Source of the DNA: Roseibacillus sp.
GTDB lineage: Bacteria; Verrucomicrobiota; Verrucomicrobiia; Verrucomicrobiales; Akkermansiaceae
NCBI GenBank assembly: GCA_051251855.1
Contig: JBPOGI010000001.1
Span: 1,024,001 to 1,088,000, forward strand
Direction: 5' to 3'
DNA: 64,000 nt
Shown: positions 20,253 to 30,500 of the stretch, piece after piece
How the letters are laid out: every line of letters starts with the position of its first letter
Numbering within the stretch: the first letter of the stretch is position 1
Notes under the pieces: generated by a model
What the model was told of the DNA's origin: nothing
Seen by the model: only the letters and a program-made list of their open reading frames with translations
The model's database searches: none
Program-made: the position numbers and the translations under genes

Positions 20253-22193
20253 TTAGAGTTCGTTCAGTTCTTTGGCGAAGCTGCCGCTGAGAATGGGGAA
20301 GCGGCACCAGGTCTTGGGGTCGAGGTTGTCGTCGTCGAGGTGGAAGCCGGGGGCGTAGCGTTCGCGTTTCCATTGGTTGCGGCTCCAGAGTTGGAAGAAG
20401 CGTTTGACCCAGGCCTTGAGTTGCTCCGGTTGGTATTGAGGGAAGGCGTCGGTGACGAGTTGGAGGATGTCTTTCGGGCTGCGCTTGTCGCGGATGGCCC
20501 ACTTTTCGATTTGGTCGAGGAGGGGGTAGGGCATGAGGTCGCCTTCGTCGGTTTGCTCCGCTTCGCCGGGACGGAGTTCGGCGGTGGGTTGCTGTTTGTT
20601 CACTGAGGCGAGTGCGGGGATGGGGGAAATCTCGGGAGCGCCGGTTTCTTCTATCCAGCGCAGCCAGTGACGGAGGAAGGCTTTGTCGATCCCTGCAATG
20701 GGGGCAAGTCCGCCGCAGGTATCGCCGTCCATGGTGGCATAGCCGACGGCTGCCTCTGAGCGGTTGCTGGTGGTGAGGAGGAGGGCGTTGCGAATGTTGG
20801 CGAGCATCCAGATGCCGGGGGCACGGACGCGGGCTTGGATGTTTTGGCGTGCGATGTCGTCGTCTTCCCAAGTGAGAGGGCGATCGAGGTGTTTTTCGAG
20901 AATACCTTCATAGCCATCAACGAGGGGAGCGATGTTCCAGTTGTCAAAGGTGCAGCCGAGAGCCTCGGCGAGGTCGCGTGCGGCGTTGAGGGTGGTGTCG
21001 CCGCTGTTTTCGCTGCCCTGATAGATGCAGGCGAGGAGGGTGGGCATGGCGAAGGCGTCCTTGTCTTTGCCGAGGTGAGCGAGTCTCTTTTTGAGGGCTT
21101 TGGCTCCGAGTTCTTGTTCGGCGAGTTGAAAGGTGAGGGCGACCAAGACCGCGCAGGCTGCTGAGTCGGCTCCGCCACTGAGAGAGACGATGAAGCCGCG
21201 GCTGTAGCTTTTGCGGAGGTAGTCGAAGAGTCCGAGGGTGACGGCGCGGGTGAATTCTTCTTCTTTGCCGAGAGGCTCAGGAAGTTGCGCGGCGGTGGGA
21301 AGGTGGGGACTCTCTTCCAAATGAGAGGGGTGCCGATGGAGTTGGTCAGACTCGAGGATGAAGGGGCGTCCGGCAGAGCGTGCTTGCGCCAGGCGGTTGA
21401 GTTCGAGGTCGACGGTGGCGGTGGTGAGGCAGTGGTCGCGGAAGCTGAAACGAGGGCCTTCCGCAATGAGTCGTCCACTGTTCGCGATGAGGTTGCCGCC
21501 GTCGTAAATGATTTTGCCGGCTTCGTTGCCGAGGAGGTTGGCGTAAAGGTAAGCCACTCCGAAGGCGCGTGAACCTTCGCGCACGAATTGACGGCGGGTG
21601 GTTTGTTTGCGAAAGGCGAAGTGGCTGGCGCTGGGGTTGAGGATGATGTCGGCTCCGAGTGAGCTGGCGTTGCGACCGGGGCGGTCGGGGACCCAGGCGT
21701 CTTCGCAGATTTCGAAAGCAACGCGCACGTCGCCCAGGGTGAAGACGAAGTCGCCGAGAGGGTATTCGCGGCCGTCGATGCGCACCTGTTCTTGCATGGT
21801 TTCGGGCCAAGGTGAGAACCAACGGGGCTCGTAGTGGAGTCCGTCGCCGGCGAGGTTTTGTTTGGCGTAGAAGCCGACGAGTTCGGCGTCAGAGATGAGG
21901 GCGACGACGTTGAAGAGTCTGTTTTGGTAGCGGAGAGGGAGTCCAATCGCGACGGCGAGGCCTTGGGTCTCGGGAAGCATGTTGAGGAGGATGGCGAGGG
22001 CGCGGTCGGCGGTGTCGGGAGCGAGGAACTGGTCTTCGCAGCCGTAGCCGGTGATGGCGAGCTCGGGGAGGCAGAGGAGGGCGGCCTGCTCTTTTTTTGC
22101 TTCGGCAATGACGGCGAGGATGCGCTCTTGGTTGCCGTCCCAGTCGAGTGGGGTTTGGTTGATTGAGGCGGCGGCGAGGTGGAGATTTCTCAT
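20253..22193 (-). CDS. nadE: Glutamine-dependent NAD+ synthetase
   Basis: Nitrilase domain (PELAITGY, K.NL...GLHYEPRWF, EICEDAW) fused to a synthetase domain (SLSGGADS, QNIQAR, TSNRSE, PTAELRP, NQWKRE); start ATG 22193. Confidence 0.95.
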   Translation of the reverse strand: MRNLHLAAASINQTPLDWDGNQERILAVIAEAKKEQAALLCLPELAITGYGCEDQFLAPDTADRALAILLNMLPETQGLAVAIGLPLRYQNRLFNVVALISDAELVGFYAKQNLAGDGLHYEPRWFSPWPETMQEQVRIDGREYPLGDFVFTLGDVRVAFEICEDAWVPDRPGRNASSLGADIILNPSASHFAFRKQTTRRQFVREGSRAFGVAYLYANLLGNEAGKIIYDGGNLIANSGRLIAEGPRFSFRDHCLTTATVDLELNRLAQARSAGRPFILESDQLHRHPSHLEESPHLPTAAQLPEPLGKEEEFTRAVTLGLFDYLRKSYSRGFIVSLSGGADSAACAVLVALTFQLAEQELGAKALKKRLAHLGKDKDAFAMPTLLACIYQGSENSGDTTLNAARDLAEALGCTFDNWNIAPLVDGYEGILEKHLDRPLTWEDDDIARQNIQARVRAPGIWMLANIRNALLLTTSNRSEAAVGYATMDGDTCGGLAPIAGIDKAFLRHWLRWIEETGAPEISPIPALASVNKQQPTAELRPGEAEQTDEGDLMPYPLLDQIEKWAIRDKRSPKDILQLVTDAFPQYQPEQLKAWVKRFFQLWSRNQWKRERYAPGFHLDDDNLDPKTWCRFPILSGSFAKELNEL

Positions 22194-22195
22194 GT

Positions 22196-23533
22196 TTAGG
22201 CGGGAAGGTGTTTTTGAATGAGTTCGTGTCGAGCGGCTTCTAACTGTGGGCTTCTGACGAGGGTGGCTGGATTTTGGCGATAGTGAGCCCAATTGGCGAG
22301 GGCGCGTTCGCGAATCTTGCTGAGAGGTTCGGCGGGTTGGGTCGCTTTGCCTTTTTTGAGGATGGGTTGCAGGAGGTGAGGCGTGGCGGGGTCTTCTTCG
22401 AGTTCGTTGAAGAGAGTGACTACGTTGTTGGTGTGGGTGGCGTTGAGGCAGCCGGGGTTCGAGACTTTGATGGCGTCGTTGCTGAGTTTGACGGTGTAAC
22501 GCCAGTCCTTTTTTTCGCGGATGGCTCCGAGTTTGTAGACGCCACCGAGGGCGGGTTGCTCGTAGGCGGTGACGAGTTTGGTGCCGACGCCCCAGGTGTC
22601 GATTTTTGCTCCCTTGGCTATGAGCTGCTGGATGGTTTCGACGTTGAGGTCGTTGCTGGCGACGATACGAGCTTGAGGGTAGCCGGCTTTGTCGAGGAGT
22701 TTGCGGGCCTCGATACTGAGAGCGCAGAGGTCGCCCGAATCGAGGCGGATGCCAGCGAAGGTATGACCTTGGGTTTTGAGCTCGTTGGCGATTTGAATGG
22801 CTTTCTTGACGCCTTCGGTGGTGTCGAAAGTGTCGACGAGGAGGGTGGTGTTGTTAGGAGCGGCTTCGGCATAGGCGCGGAAGCTGTCGAGCTCGTCATC
22901 GAAGCTCATGACCCAGCTGTGGGCGTGGGTTCCTTTGACGGGAATATTAAATTGTTGGCCGGCCAGAACGTTCGAGGTGGCGACACAGCCTCCGAGGTAG
23001 GCGGCTCGGCTGGCGCTGAGCCCACCATCGGGGCCTTGCGCGCGACGGAGTCCGAATTCAAGGACGGGATCGCCTTGCGCTGCTTCACAGATGCGTGCGG
23101 CTTGGGTGGCAATGAGGGTTTGGAAGTTGATGATGTTGAGAAGGGCTGTTTCGACGAGCTGACATTGCAAGATGGGACCGCGCACTTGCAGGATGGGCAT
23201 GTTGGGGAGAGCGAGGCTGCCTTCGGGGAGGGCTTTCACGGTGAGGCTCCAGTCGAGGTCGGCGAGGGTGTCGAGGTAGCCTTTTTGGAAGAGTGGTTGC
23301 TCGTCGTTGCCGGTGAGAGTGGCGAGGTAAGTGAGGTCTTCTTTGGTGAAGGTGAGGTTGCTGAGGTAGTCGAGGGCGGGTTGGATGCCGGCGACGAGGG
23401 CGGCGGTTTCGCCGAAGGGGGCGCGGCGGAAGAAGAGATGGAAGACCGCTTCCTGTTGGTGGCGGTCATGGTGCCAGTAGGCTTGCCCCATGGTGAGCTG
23501 GTAGAGGTCGGTGAGGAGGGGGCTGTTGGTCAT
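22196..23533 (-). CDS. pncB: Nicotinate phosphoribosyltransferase
   Basis: LLTDLYQLTM, EFGLRRAQG, GTHAHSWV, LLVDT.D, IRLDSGDL, ASNDL, GVGT, ALGGVYKL. Confidence 0.95.
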   Translation of the reverse strand: MTNSPLLTDLYQLTMGQAYWHHDRHQQEAVFHLFFRRAPFGETAALVAGIQPALDYLSNLTFTKEDLTYLATLTGNDEQPLFQKGYLDTLADLDWSLTVKALPEGSLALPNMPILQVRGPILQCQLVETALLNIINFQTLIATQAARICEAAQGDPVLEFGLRRAQGPDGGLSASRAAYLGGCVATSNVLAGQQFNIPVKGTHAHSWVMSFDDELDSFRAYAEAAPNNTTLLVDTFDTTEGVKKAIQIANELKTQGHTFAGIRLDSGDLCALSIEARKLLDKAGYPQARIVASNDLNVETIQQLIAKGAKIDTWGVGTKLVTAYEQPALGGVYKLGAIREKKDWRYTVKLSNDAIKVSNPGCLNATHTNNVVTLFNELEEDPATPHLLQPILKKGKATQPAEPLSKIRERALANWAHYRQNPATLVRSPQLEAARHELIQKHLPA

Positions 23534-23547
23534 GGAAAAGATGATAG

Positions 23548-23562
23548 GTGTATTTTTTACAC
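23548..23562. promoter_or_regulatory. Candidate NrtR operator (GT-N7-AC palindrome) upstream of pncB
   Basis: GTGT-ATTTTTT-ACAC lies 15-29 nt upstream of the pncB start; GT-N7-AC is the established core of NrtR sites at NAD salvage operons. Confidence 0.65.
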
Positions 23563-23611
23563 GAACAAGTTTTTTCTGTTTTGAATGACTGATGGCGAGT
23601 GAACTGGGGGC

Positions 23612-24568
23612 ATGATTGAACGGGCGGCAGCTTGGGTGACGGAGAAATTCTGGCTATGGACCTTGCTAGGGTTTGCCTGGGCTTGGCTGGTGCCGGCTCA
23701 CTTCACTTGGTTTTTGGGGACAATTGGTGAGGTGAAGCTCACTGCGCTAGGGTTGGGGATTATTATGCTGGGAATGGGGGTGACTCTGACGGTGCGCGAT
23801 TTTAAGGAAGTGTTGAAGATGCCGTGGCAAGTGGGCATTGGAGTGGGGGCCCAGTTTGTTGTGATGCCGTTTGTTGGCTGGTCGGTGGCGAATCTGTTTC
23901 AGCTACCAGATGAATTGAAGTTGGGGGTGATTTTGGTGAGTTGTTGTCCGGGAGGAACGGCGTCGAATGTGGTGTGCTTTTTGGCTCGTGGAAATTTGGC
24001 GCTGAGTGTCTTGATGACGATGACTTCGACGCTGCTGGCGGTGGTGTTGACGCCGCTTTTGACGAAGGCTTATGGGGCAGGGACTCTAGAGGTGAATGCG
24101 GGGGCGATGATTGTGACGATGGTGACCATTGTGCTTTTGCCGATTATTGCGGGGGTGTTGCTGAATCAGTTCTTTGGAGAAAAGTTGAAGTTGGTGAAGA
24201 CGATTTCGCCGGTGCTTTCGGTGTTGGTGATTGTGTTGATCGTGGGTGCGGTGGTGGGAGTGACGAAGGAGAATATCATCAAGTATGCGGGGACGCTGAT
24301 TCCGGCGGTGTTGACGGTGCATGTCTTGGGTTTTGGTTTGGGATATGGGTGGGCGAAGGTCTTTGGGTTTGGTTTGCGGGAGCGGCGGACGGTCTCGATT
24401 GAGGTGGGGATGCAGAACTCGGGGCTGGGGTCGGAGTTGGCGAAAACACATTTCAATTTATTGGTGGCGGCACCGTGTGCGATTTCGGCGTTTTTTCACT
24501 GTGTGATTGGGAGTGTGCTGGCGAGTTGGTGGTCGCGGGTTGATGAGAAAGAAGAGTCAGACATTTGA
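23612..24568 (+). CDS. Bile acid:sodium symporter (BASS) family transporter
   Basis: IMLGMG.TL...DF, AQFVVMP, CCPGGTASNV, SIEVGMQNSGL. Confidence 0.92.
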   Translation: MIERAAAWVTEKFWLWTLLGFAWAWLVPAHFTWFLGTIGEVKLTALGLGIIMLGMGVTLTVRDFKEVLKMPWQVGIGVGAQFVVMPFVGWSVANLFQLPDELKLGVILVSCCPGGTASNVVCFLARGNLALSVLMTMTSTLLAVVLTPLLTKAYGAGTLEVNAGAMIVTMVTIVLLPIIAGVLLNQFFGEKLKLVKTISPVLSVLVIVLIVGAVVGVTKENIIKYAGTLIPAVLTVHVLGFGLGYGWAKVFGFGLRERRTVSIEVGMQNSGLGSELAKTHFNLLVAAPCAISAFFHCVIGSVLASWWSRVDEKEESDI

Positions 24569-24606
24569 CTTTTGTTGGCGGGGTAGTGCCTTAGCTTGGA
24601 GGGGCG

Positions 24607-26433
24607 ATGGGTAAGGTGCAGGTGATGTCCGAAACGCTGGCGAGTCAAGTGGCTGCCGGTGAGGTGGTCGAGCGCCCATCGAGTGTGGTCAAGGAGCTGG
24701 TGGAAAATGCGCTGGATGCGGGGGCGAAGGAGATTGTGGTGGAGGTGCGGAAGGGCGGCATTGCGCTCATTAAGGTGCGCGATGATGGTTGTGGGATGTC
24801 GCGCGAGGATGCGGTGAAGAGTTTGGAGCGCCATGCCACGAGTAAGTTGACGGCGGTGGAGGATTTGGATGGGATTCGCACGCTGGGGTTTCGGGGGGAG
24901 GCGGTGCCGAGTATTGCCAGTGTGGCGCGGTTTCGGCTGACGACGCGGGAAAAGGGGGCGGACTTTGGCACCGAGGTGCTGGTGGAAGGCGGGACTCTCG
25001 GTGAGGTCAAAGAAGCGGGTTGTGCGGTGGGGACGGAGGTGGAGGTGAAGGACTTGTTTTTCAATGTGCCGGCGCGACGAAAGTTTTTGCGGACGGAGCT
25101 CACGGAGGGGGGGCATGTGGAGCATGAAGTGCGAATGCATGCGCTGGCGTCGCCGGGGGTGCGGTTTGTGTTTCGGAAGGACGGGAGGACGGTGTTCGAT
25201 GTGCCGGCGAGTAAGGATGCGCGGGTCAGGATTGGGGAACTGGATGGGCGTGAGTTGATGCGCTCGATGCAGGAGGTGAATTGGAGTGAGGGTGGGATGA
25301 CGGTGAAGGGATACGCTTTGCCGGCGGAGGGAGCGCGTAAGACGAGGCGCGGGCAGGCGATGTTTTTGAATGGGCGTCCGGTGGATGATCGGGTGATTTG
25401 GAAGGCAGTGTCGGATGCCTATGGAGAGAGATTGGGTCGAGGATTGTGTCCGGTGGCTTGGTTGTGGTTAGATTTGCCGGCGGGTTCGGTGGATGTGAAT
25501 GTGCATCCGGCGAAGAAGGAAGTGCGCTTTCATAAGCCGAGTGAGGTGCGGTCGGTTTTGATGGAGGCGGTGGCTGCGGGGCTGAGGGGGGAGATTCAGG
25601 GGGAGGATGACATCGTTGAAGGTGAGGAAGTGGCGGCGGTGGAGTTGGTGGGGGTGGCTACTGAAGAAGTTTCTGCTGAGGCGAAGGTTTCGAAGAAGAA
25701 GGTTCCTTTGACAGGGAAGGGTGCCTCAAATTTGCCTCCTTTGCCGTCGAAAGAGGCGTTGCAAGAATTGGTGAAGGCGGCGCCCAAGCCTGAGATGAAG
25801 GCTCGCACGATTGAGGTGCAGCAGCAGGGGGAGTTGGCGGTGGAGAAAGCTCCCACGGAGGGGGCGGAGAGTTTTCGGGTGGTGGGGTGCTTGCAGGACC
25901 GCTTTGTGATTTTAGAGGGGAAGGAAGGCTTAGTGCTGATGGACCCGAGAAACTCACGGGAGCGTATTGTGTATGAGCGCTTGTTGGGGAGAAAGCAGGA
26001 GAGTTTGTCGCAGGGACTGTTGGTGCCGGTGGTGTTGCATTTGGATGCGCGGGATGCGGCGGTGGTGTTTGCGAATCGAGAGAACTTTGCGGAAGCAGGG
26101 ATGGATATCGATGAGTTCGGTGGCAATACGGTGCAGGTGCGGAGTGCGCCTGATTTTCTGGGTGAGGGGGAAGTGGAAGAGTTGGTTTTGAGGTTGGTGG
26201 ATGAGTTGGTGGAGAGTGAAGGGACGCGAGGAGGGCGCTCGGTGGCGTTTGAGATTTTCGCGGCGAAGTTTGCGAGGCAAGGGGCCAAGGGCGAGAAAGC
26301 GCGAGTGGGGACGGCGCAGGGATTGTTGGAAGCGCTCTTTCAATGTCAGTTGCCGTATTGCACGGCAGATGGGCGTCCCACGATTGTGCATTATTCGACG
26401 AGTGAGCTGGATAGACGTTTTGGGAGGAAGTGA
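24607..26433 (+). CDS. mutL: DNA mismatch repair protein MutL
   Basis: AAGEVVERPSSVVKELVENALDAGA, DDGCGM, HATSK, TLGFRGEA, LFFNVPARRKFL, DVNVHPAKKEVRF; C-terminal domain with degenerate metal motifs. Confidence 0.95.
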   Translation: MGKVQVMSETLASQVAAGEVVERPSSVVKELVENALDAGAKEIVVEVRKGGIALIKVRDDGCGMSREDAVKSLERHATSKLTAVEDLDGIRTLGFRGEAVPSIASVARFRLTTREKGADFGTEVLVEGGTLGEVKEAGCAVGTEVEVKDLFFNVPARRKFLRTELTEGGHVEHEVRMHALASPGVRFVFRKDGRTVFDVPASKDARVRIGELDGRELMRSMQEVNWSEGGMTVKGYALPAEGARKTRRGQAMFLNGRPVDDRVIWKAVSDAYGERLGRGLCPVAWLWLDLPAGSVDVNVHPAKKEVRFHKPSEVRSVLMEAVAAGLRGEIQGEDDIVEGEEVAAVELVGVATEEVSAEAKVSKKKVPLTGKGASNLPPLPSKEALQELVKAAPKPEMKARTIEVQQQGELAVEKAPTEGAESFRVVGCLQDRFVILEGKEGLVLMDPRNSRERIVYERLLGRKQESLSQGLLVPVVLHLDARDAAVVFANRENFAEAGMDIDEFGGNTVQVRSAPDFLGEGEVEELVLRLVDELVESEGTRGGRSVAFEIFAAKFARQGAKGEKARVGTAQGLLEALFQCQLPYCTADGRPTIVHYSTSELDRRFGRK

Positions 26434-26488
26434 GTTTTTTAGCCGCAAAGATGCTCAAAATCCGCAAAAATGAACTACCGTTGGAGAG

Positions 26489-26878
26489 TTGTCTCAGTTA
26501 ACTTCTCAAGGAATGGAGAATGCGTTCTACAAACTGATAAAGGATGAAGAAGCGATCCGTCTCGCAAATAGTGCTGTTTCTGATGATTTCCTGAAACAAA
26601 GAGCTGAATGCACAAGGTTTCAGTTCTATTTCAGGATATTTCAGAGCGAGCTGACCTTTCGTTCTTTTGTGGTGGTTGCGGTGTGGTTTTGGATCGGACA
26701 CTTTTTCGAGGACTCCTTTTTAGTAGCCATGCTGCTTGCTCTCCTCGTATTGGAAGTGAACTGGCGGCTGGTGAAAAGGGATGCAGTGAAGCAACTCTAT
26801 CGGAGGGAAACGGAGAGAGAAAAGAAGTCGGAGGAATCGAAGCAAGACAACGTATCCCAAATTCGAACGAGTTCGTGA
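26489..26878 (+). CDS. Hypothetical membrane protein (2 TM)
   Basis: 129-aa ORF with two hydrophobic segments; lower GC than neighbours; TTG start uncertain. Confidence 0.5.
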   Translation: MSQLTSQGMENAFYKLIKDEEAIRLANSAVSDDFLKQRAECTRFQFYFRIFQSELTFRSFVVVAVWFWIGHFFEDSFLVAMLLALLVLEVNWRLVKRDAVKQLYRRETEREKKSEESKQDNVSQIRTSS

Positions 26879-27432
26879 GTCGAGGTGGTCAGGTTGAAAG
26901 GGCTGGAAGATTAGGCCAAAACTCAAGGTTACCGGTTCGAGAGGTCTCTTTGGGGCAGAGAATTGCAGGTGTGTTCTTGGTGTTGATGAGTTGCCTCATT
27001 GCGGCTATCGGTGGGATGACTGTTTTTGCTGGAATTTCCCTTTGGATACGGTTGCAGGTGAACTCTGCAAAAGCTTCCGGGCAGCATGAATGGTTGCTGG
27101 CTGTTGGGATGATTCTGGGAGGGGTGAGTGCAATGTTCGCGGGGAATATCGCGGTGCAAGTGGGTCATTGGATTGCGGGAAAAGAAGTTTGGTCTCACAG
27201 CCGGAATCCGGTCAGAGCTGCGTGCCGAAAGGCTGTTTTTGAACTTGCTACTGTTTTCGGTTTTGCCGGTTCTATTGCGGGATTTCTTTGGCTGAGTATG
27301 CTTGTTCTTTACCGAGATTTTTCGATGTTGTGGTTTGCTCTCGGAACTTTTGTTCTCAGTCTGTTTCTTCTAGCGAGTGTGGCATGGTGGAGCAGAAGGA
27401 AGGGGCGTAGTTCTACTCCCTTGGGTGAGTGA
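26875..27432 (+). CDS. Hypothetical membrane protein (4 TM)
   Basis: GTG at 26875 overlaps the upstream TGA (GTGA) and is in frame with ORF 26608..27432; four hydrophobic helices follow. Confidence 0.5.
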   Translation: MSRGGQVERAGRLGQNSRLPVREVSLGQRIAGVFLVLMSCLIAAIGGMTVFAGISLWIRLQVNSAKASGQHEWLLAVGMILGGVSAMFAGNIAVQVGHWIAGKEVWSHSRNPVRAACRKAVFELATVFGFAGSIAGFLWLSMLVLYRDFSMLWFALGTFVLSLFLLASVAWWSRRKGRSSTPLGE

Positions 27433-27460
27433 AATAGTGGAGACTGAGCGCCGAGATTCT

Positions 27461-27555
27461 CTCGCCCTTTCAGGGCTTGGTTTTCTACTCAATGGCTTAA
27501 CCCGGGGTGCCGCTTCGCTCTACCCCGGGCTTTGTTCTCTCGTCCCGTTGGGACT
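27461..27555. repeat. REP-like tri-hairpin palindromic element
   Basis: GCCCT-TTC-AGGGC (27464-27476), CCCGGGGT...ACCCCGGG (27501-27529) and GTCCC-GTT-GGGAC (27542-27554), between convergent genes. Confidence 0.65.
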
Positions 27556-27561
27556 CTGATG

Positions 27562-30500
27562 CTACCTCGAAGGGGTGAGTTGGTTGTGCCAGTGTTCGGC
27601 GATTTCGGTGAGGGCGCTTTTGGAACCTGATTTGGAGAAGGCGCTTTGTTGGAGGTCGGAGATTTCTTTGCTGAGGTCGGCGGCCTTTTCGGTGGGGACG
27701 GATGTCTTGAGCTGTTCGAGCCAGTGGAGGAGGCTGACTTCGGTGAGGTTGGAGGGGATGGCTGGACCGGAGACGATTTGTTCGGTGGGCGCGTTTGATT
27801 TCTTGAAGAAGCGCCAGGCGAAGAAGGCGATTGCCACGAGGATGAGGAGGAGAATCCAGGGCCAGATGCGAGGGCCGGTGGATTCGTTGAGTTGAACAGT
27901 CTCGCCAACAGGGAGAAGATCGACGTCTTGATAGCGCTGACGAAGGATGGCGTCTTCTTCGGCGAGAGAGTCGGTTGCGAGTTCGGTGAGGGCGGGGAAG
28001 GTGAACTCTGAGGGGGAGGAGCCTTTGGGCTTGAGGGTGACGCGGTATTCATGGGTGGACAGGGGGGCTCCGTCGTCGGTTTCGGTGGTGAGTTCTTCCA
28101 CTTGAAGTTCGCGGTCATCGATGCTGACGACTTCGAAGCCTTTGGGGGGCATGGTGACCAGTTTATCCAAGGAGGGAACGAGTCCATTAGCGGAGGTTTT
28201 GACTTCGAGTTGCCATTCTTCTTTTTCGGCGGCGGTGCGCTCGTCCAAGGTCATGGTGAGCTTGAGGTCGCGCACGGGGCGAGGGCCTGCTTCGGCTGCG
28301 ACGACGGAGACGTTTGCGGAGCTGATGGGGAGGACGACATGGCCGGAGGTGTCGAGGAAGTCGAGGTCGATTTTTAAGGGAGGGACGGTGTCGGTTTGGG
28401 GGCCTTTCGCTTTCAGGAGGAAGTAGGCGTAGGGGGTGGTTCGCCAGCCGATACGGGGGGAGGTGCGGGATTCGATTTTGTCGGTGTGGAAAGTGAGGGA
28501 GACCACTTCGAAGTTTTCTTCGAGGGCGGCGCGGGAGGCTTTCTCGAACTTGTCGCGGTAGTCTTCGGTGGGGCGGCCGAAATTATAGGAATAGGAGACG
28601 GTGTTTTGATTTTGGAGGTAGCGTTGGAAGCCGCCAGACTCGCGTTCGATTTCGCGGGTGTGATGAATGTTGATGAAAAGTCCGAAGGGCTCGGTGCCGA
28701 TTTGGGCGGAACCATCTAAAGTGGAGACGAGTTCGATTTCGGTGATCAGATCCTGATAGTAGTCGAAGACGGCTTGCGCGGATTCGATTTCTTCGCGATC
28801 GCCGACGATGCCGATAGCGGCTTCGAGATAGCGGTATTTGAGATCGGGAGAAACGTTGGCGAGTCGGGTGTTGAGGGTGCTAGCGAAGCTCTGGTAGTGA
28901 CGTTCGCGGGTCTTATCGTCGGGAAGAGCGTCGAGAGCAGCTTTGATTTTTGCGAACTCGGAGGAGACCGGCATGTGATGATTCTTGAGGGCTTCTAACA
29001 GAGGAGAGCCGAGGGCGGCATAAAACCAAGTCTCATAGACGGCAGAGGATTCGTCGCTTTCTGTCTCCAAGGGCAAGGATTGGGCGTAGAGCTGAGCGGC
29101 ATCTGCAAAGTCGTCGAGGGCGGTTCTCTTGGTGGTGGAGTGGGTAGATTGCGGCTGTAGGGCGGAGAGGTAGTTGGATTCCTCGTAAGTGAGGGCGGCC
29201 AGTTGGGTGAGGAGTTTGGAAGACTTGGGCTCGTTGCCCCAGGCGTTGGCGGTGACTTCGCGGGCCATTTCGTAGCCGGCGAGAACCTGTTGATGGAGTT
29301 CTTTGTCTTTTCGCTTGGTCTTGAATTGCTCCTGGAGTTTGGGATTGGGCCAGAGGGCGGCCAAGTTGATACGCATCTTTTCGATGAGAGAGGCAATGGT
29401 GTCGCCATCGACGGCTTTGATATCGCCGAAGACGGTTTGGAGGGCTTCGACGCGCCAGACTTCAGCTTGGGAGTGAACGGTGATGAAAGCACTGGCGAAT
29501 TCTTCGTTGAAGTTCTCTTCTAGTTTAAGCTCGCGCACGGAGGTCACCAGTTCAGAGAGTTCGACGAGGTTGCGCTCTTGCTTGGAGCGGGTGAGGGGGA
29601 TGGTTTCGGCGCGGTTGTTGTAGCCGTAAAAGTAGGAATAGGAGGAGCGGTAGCGGCTTTGCTGATTGGGGTTGTGGTTATCGGCCCAAACGTCGATGAG
29701 GTTTCTGACGAGTCCTTCGGCGGTATCGGGCTTGTGGGTGGAGAGCTGCTTGATGAAAGGGAAGGCTTTCTGGTGTTCTTTGACCTTGAGAAAGAGGCGG
29801 GGGATTTTTTCAATAAGCTGTAACTGAACGGTCTCGTCGACGGCGGCGATCCACTTGTCAGAGGGCGCGACTTCGATGATGTCGCCAGCGGGGATGGGGT
29901 TGGGTTGCTCGCGATTGTTGTTTTGAGAGTATTGCCGAGAGCCGTAGTATCTGTTGCCGTAGTTATCATACTGCATTTGGGGGCGCATGGAGTCGGAACG
30001 GTCGAGGCGTTGGGTGAGGTCGGCTTCTTTGAGCCAGTTGAGAGCGTAGATGGTGAAGATTTCTTTCCACTCGGGGAGGTCGATTCCGTCGGTGGCGAGG
30101 AGGGCTTCGGCGGCGCTTTTTTGGAGCTTGGCTTGTTGGAGGCGGAATTGGGAATTGCGAATTTGTCCTGCTTGAGAGGCGAGGGTGCCGACGGCAGCGA
30201 GGATGTCAAAGCCTTCGCCTGCGGGGTCGGAGAAGGTCTTGCGCAGCCAGTCTTGACCGGAGCCTTCTTCGAGTTCGGAGACGAGAGAGAGGGCGCGGTA
30301 AAGCGCTTCGCCGCGTTGGTCCATGGGGGCGTTCTCGGTGGACATGACCTGTAAGGAAAGTTCCCAAGCGAACGGGAGGTGCTCTTTACCTAGGTCCTTC
30401 TGGTGGGCTTCGGCGTGGTAGCGAGCGATAACGTTGAGTTCTTTGACTCGTTCGTATTTCTGCGCTTCTTGAACAGGGGGGAGGAAGTCTGCGGCTTGCT

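Noticed and set aside
20651..23584. Long alternative-frame and antisense ORFs (20651..22108, 22274..23584 and similar elsewhere)
   Set aside because: They overlap well-supported genes and are Ser/Pro/Thr- or Gly/Val/Glu-rich shadows produced by strong codon and strand bias.
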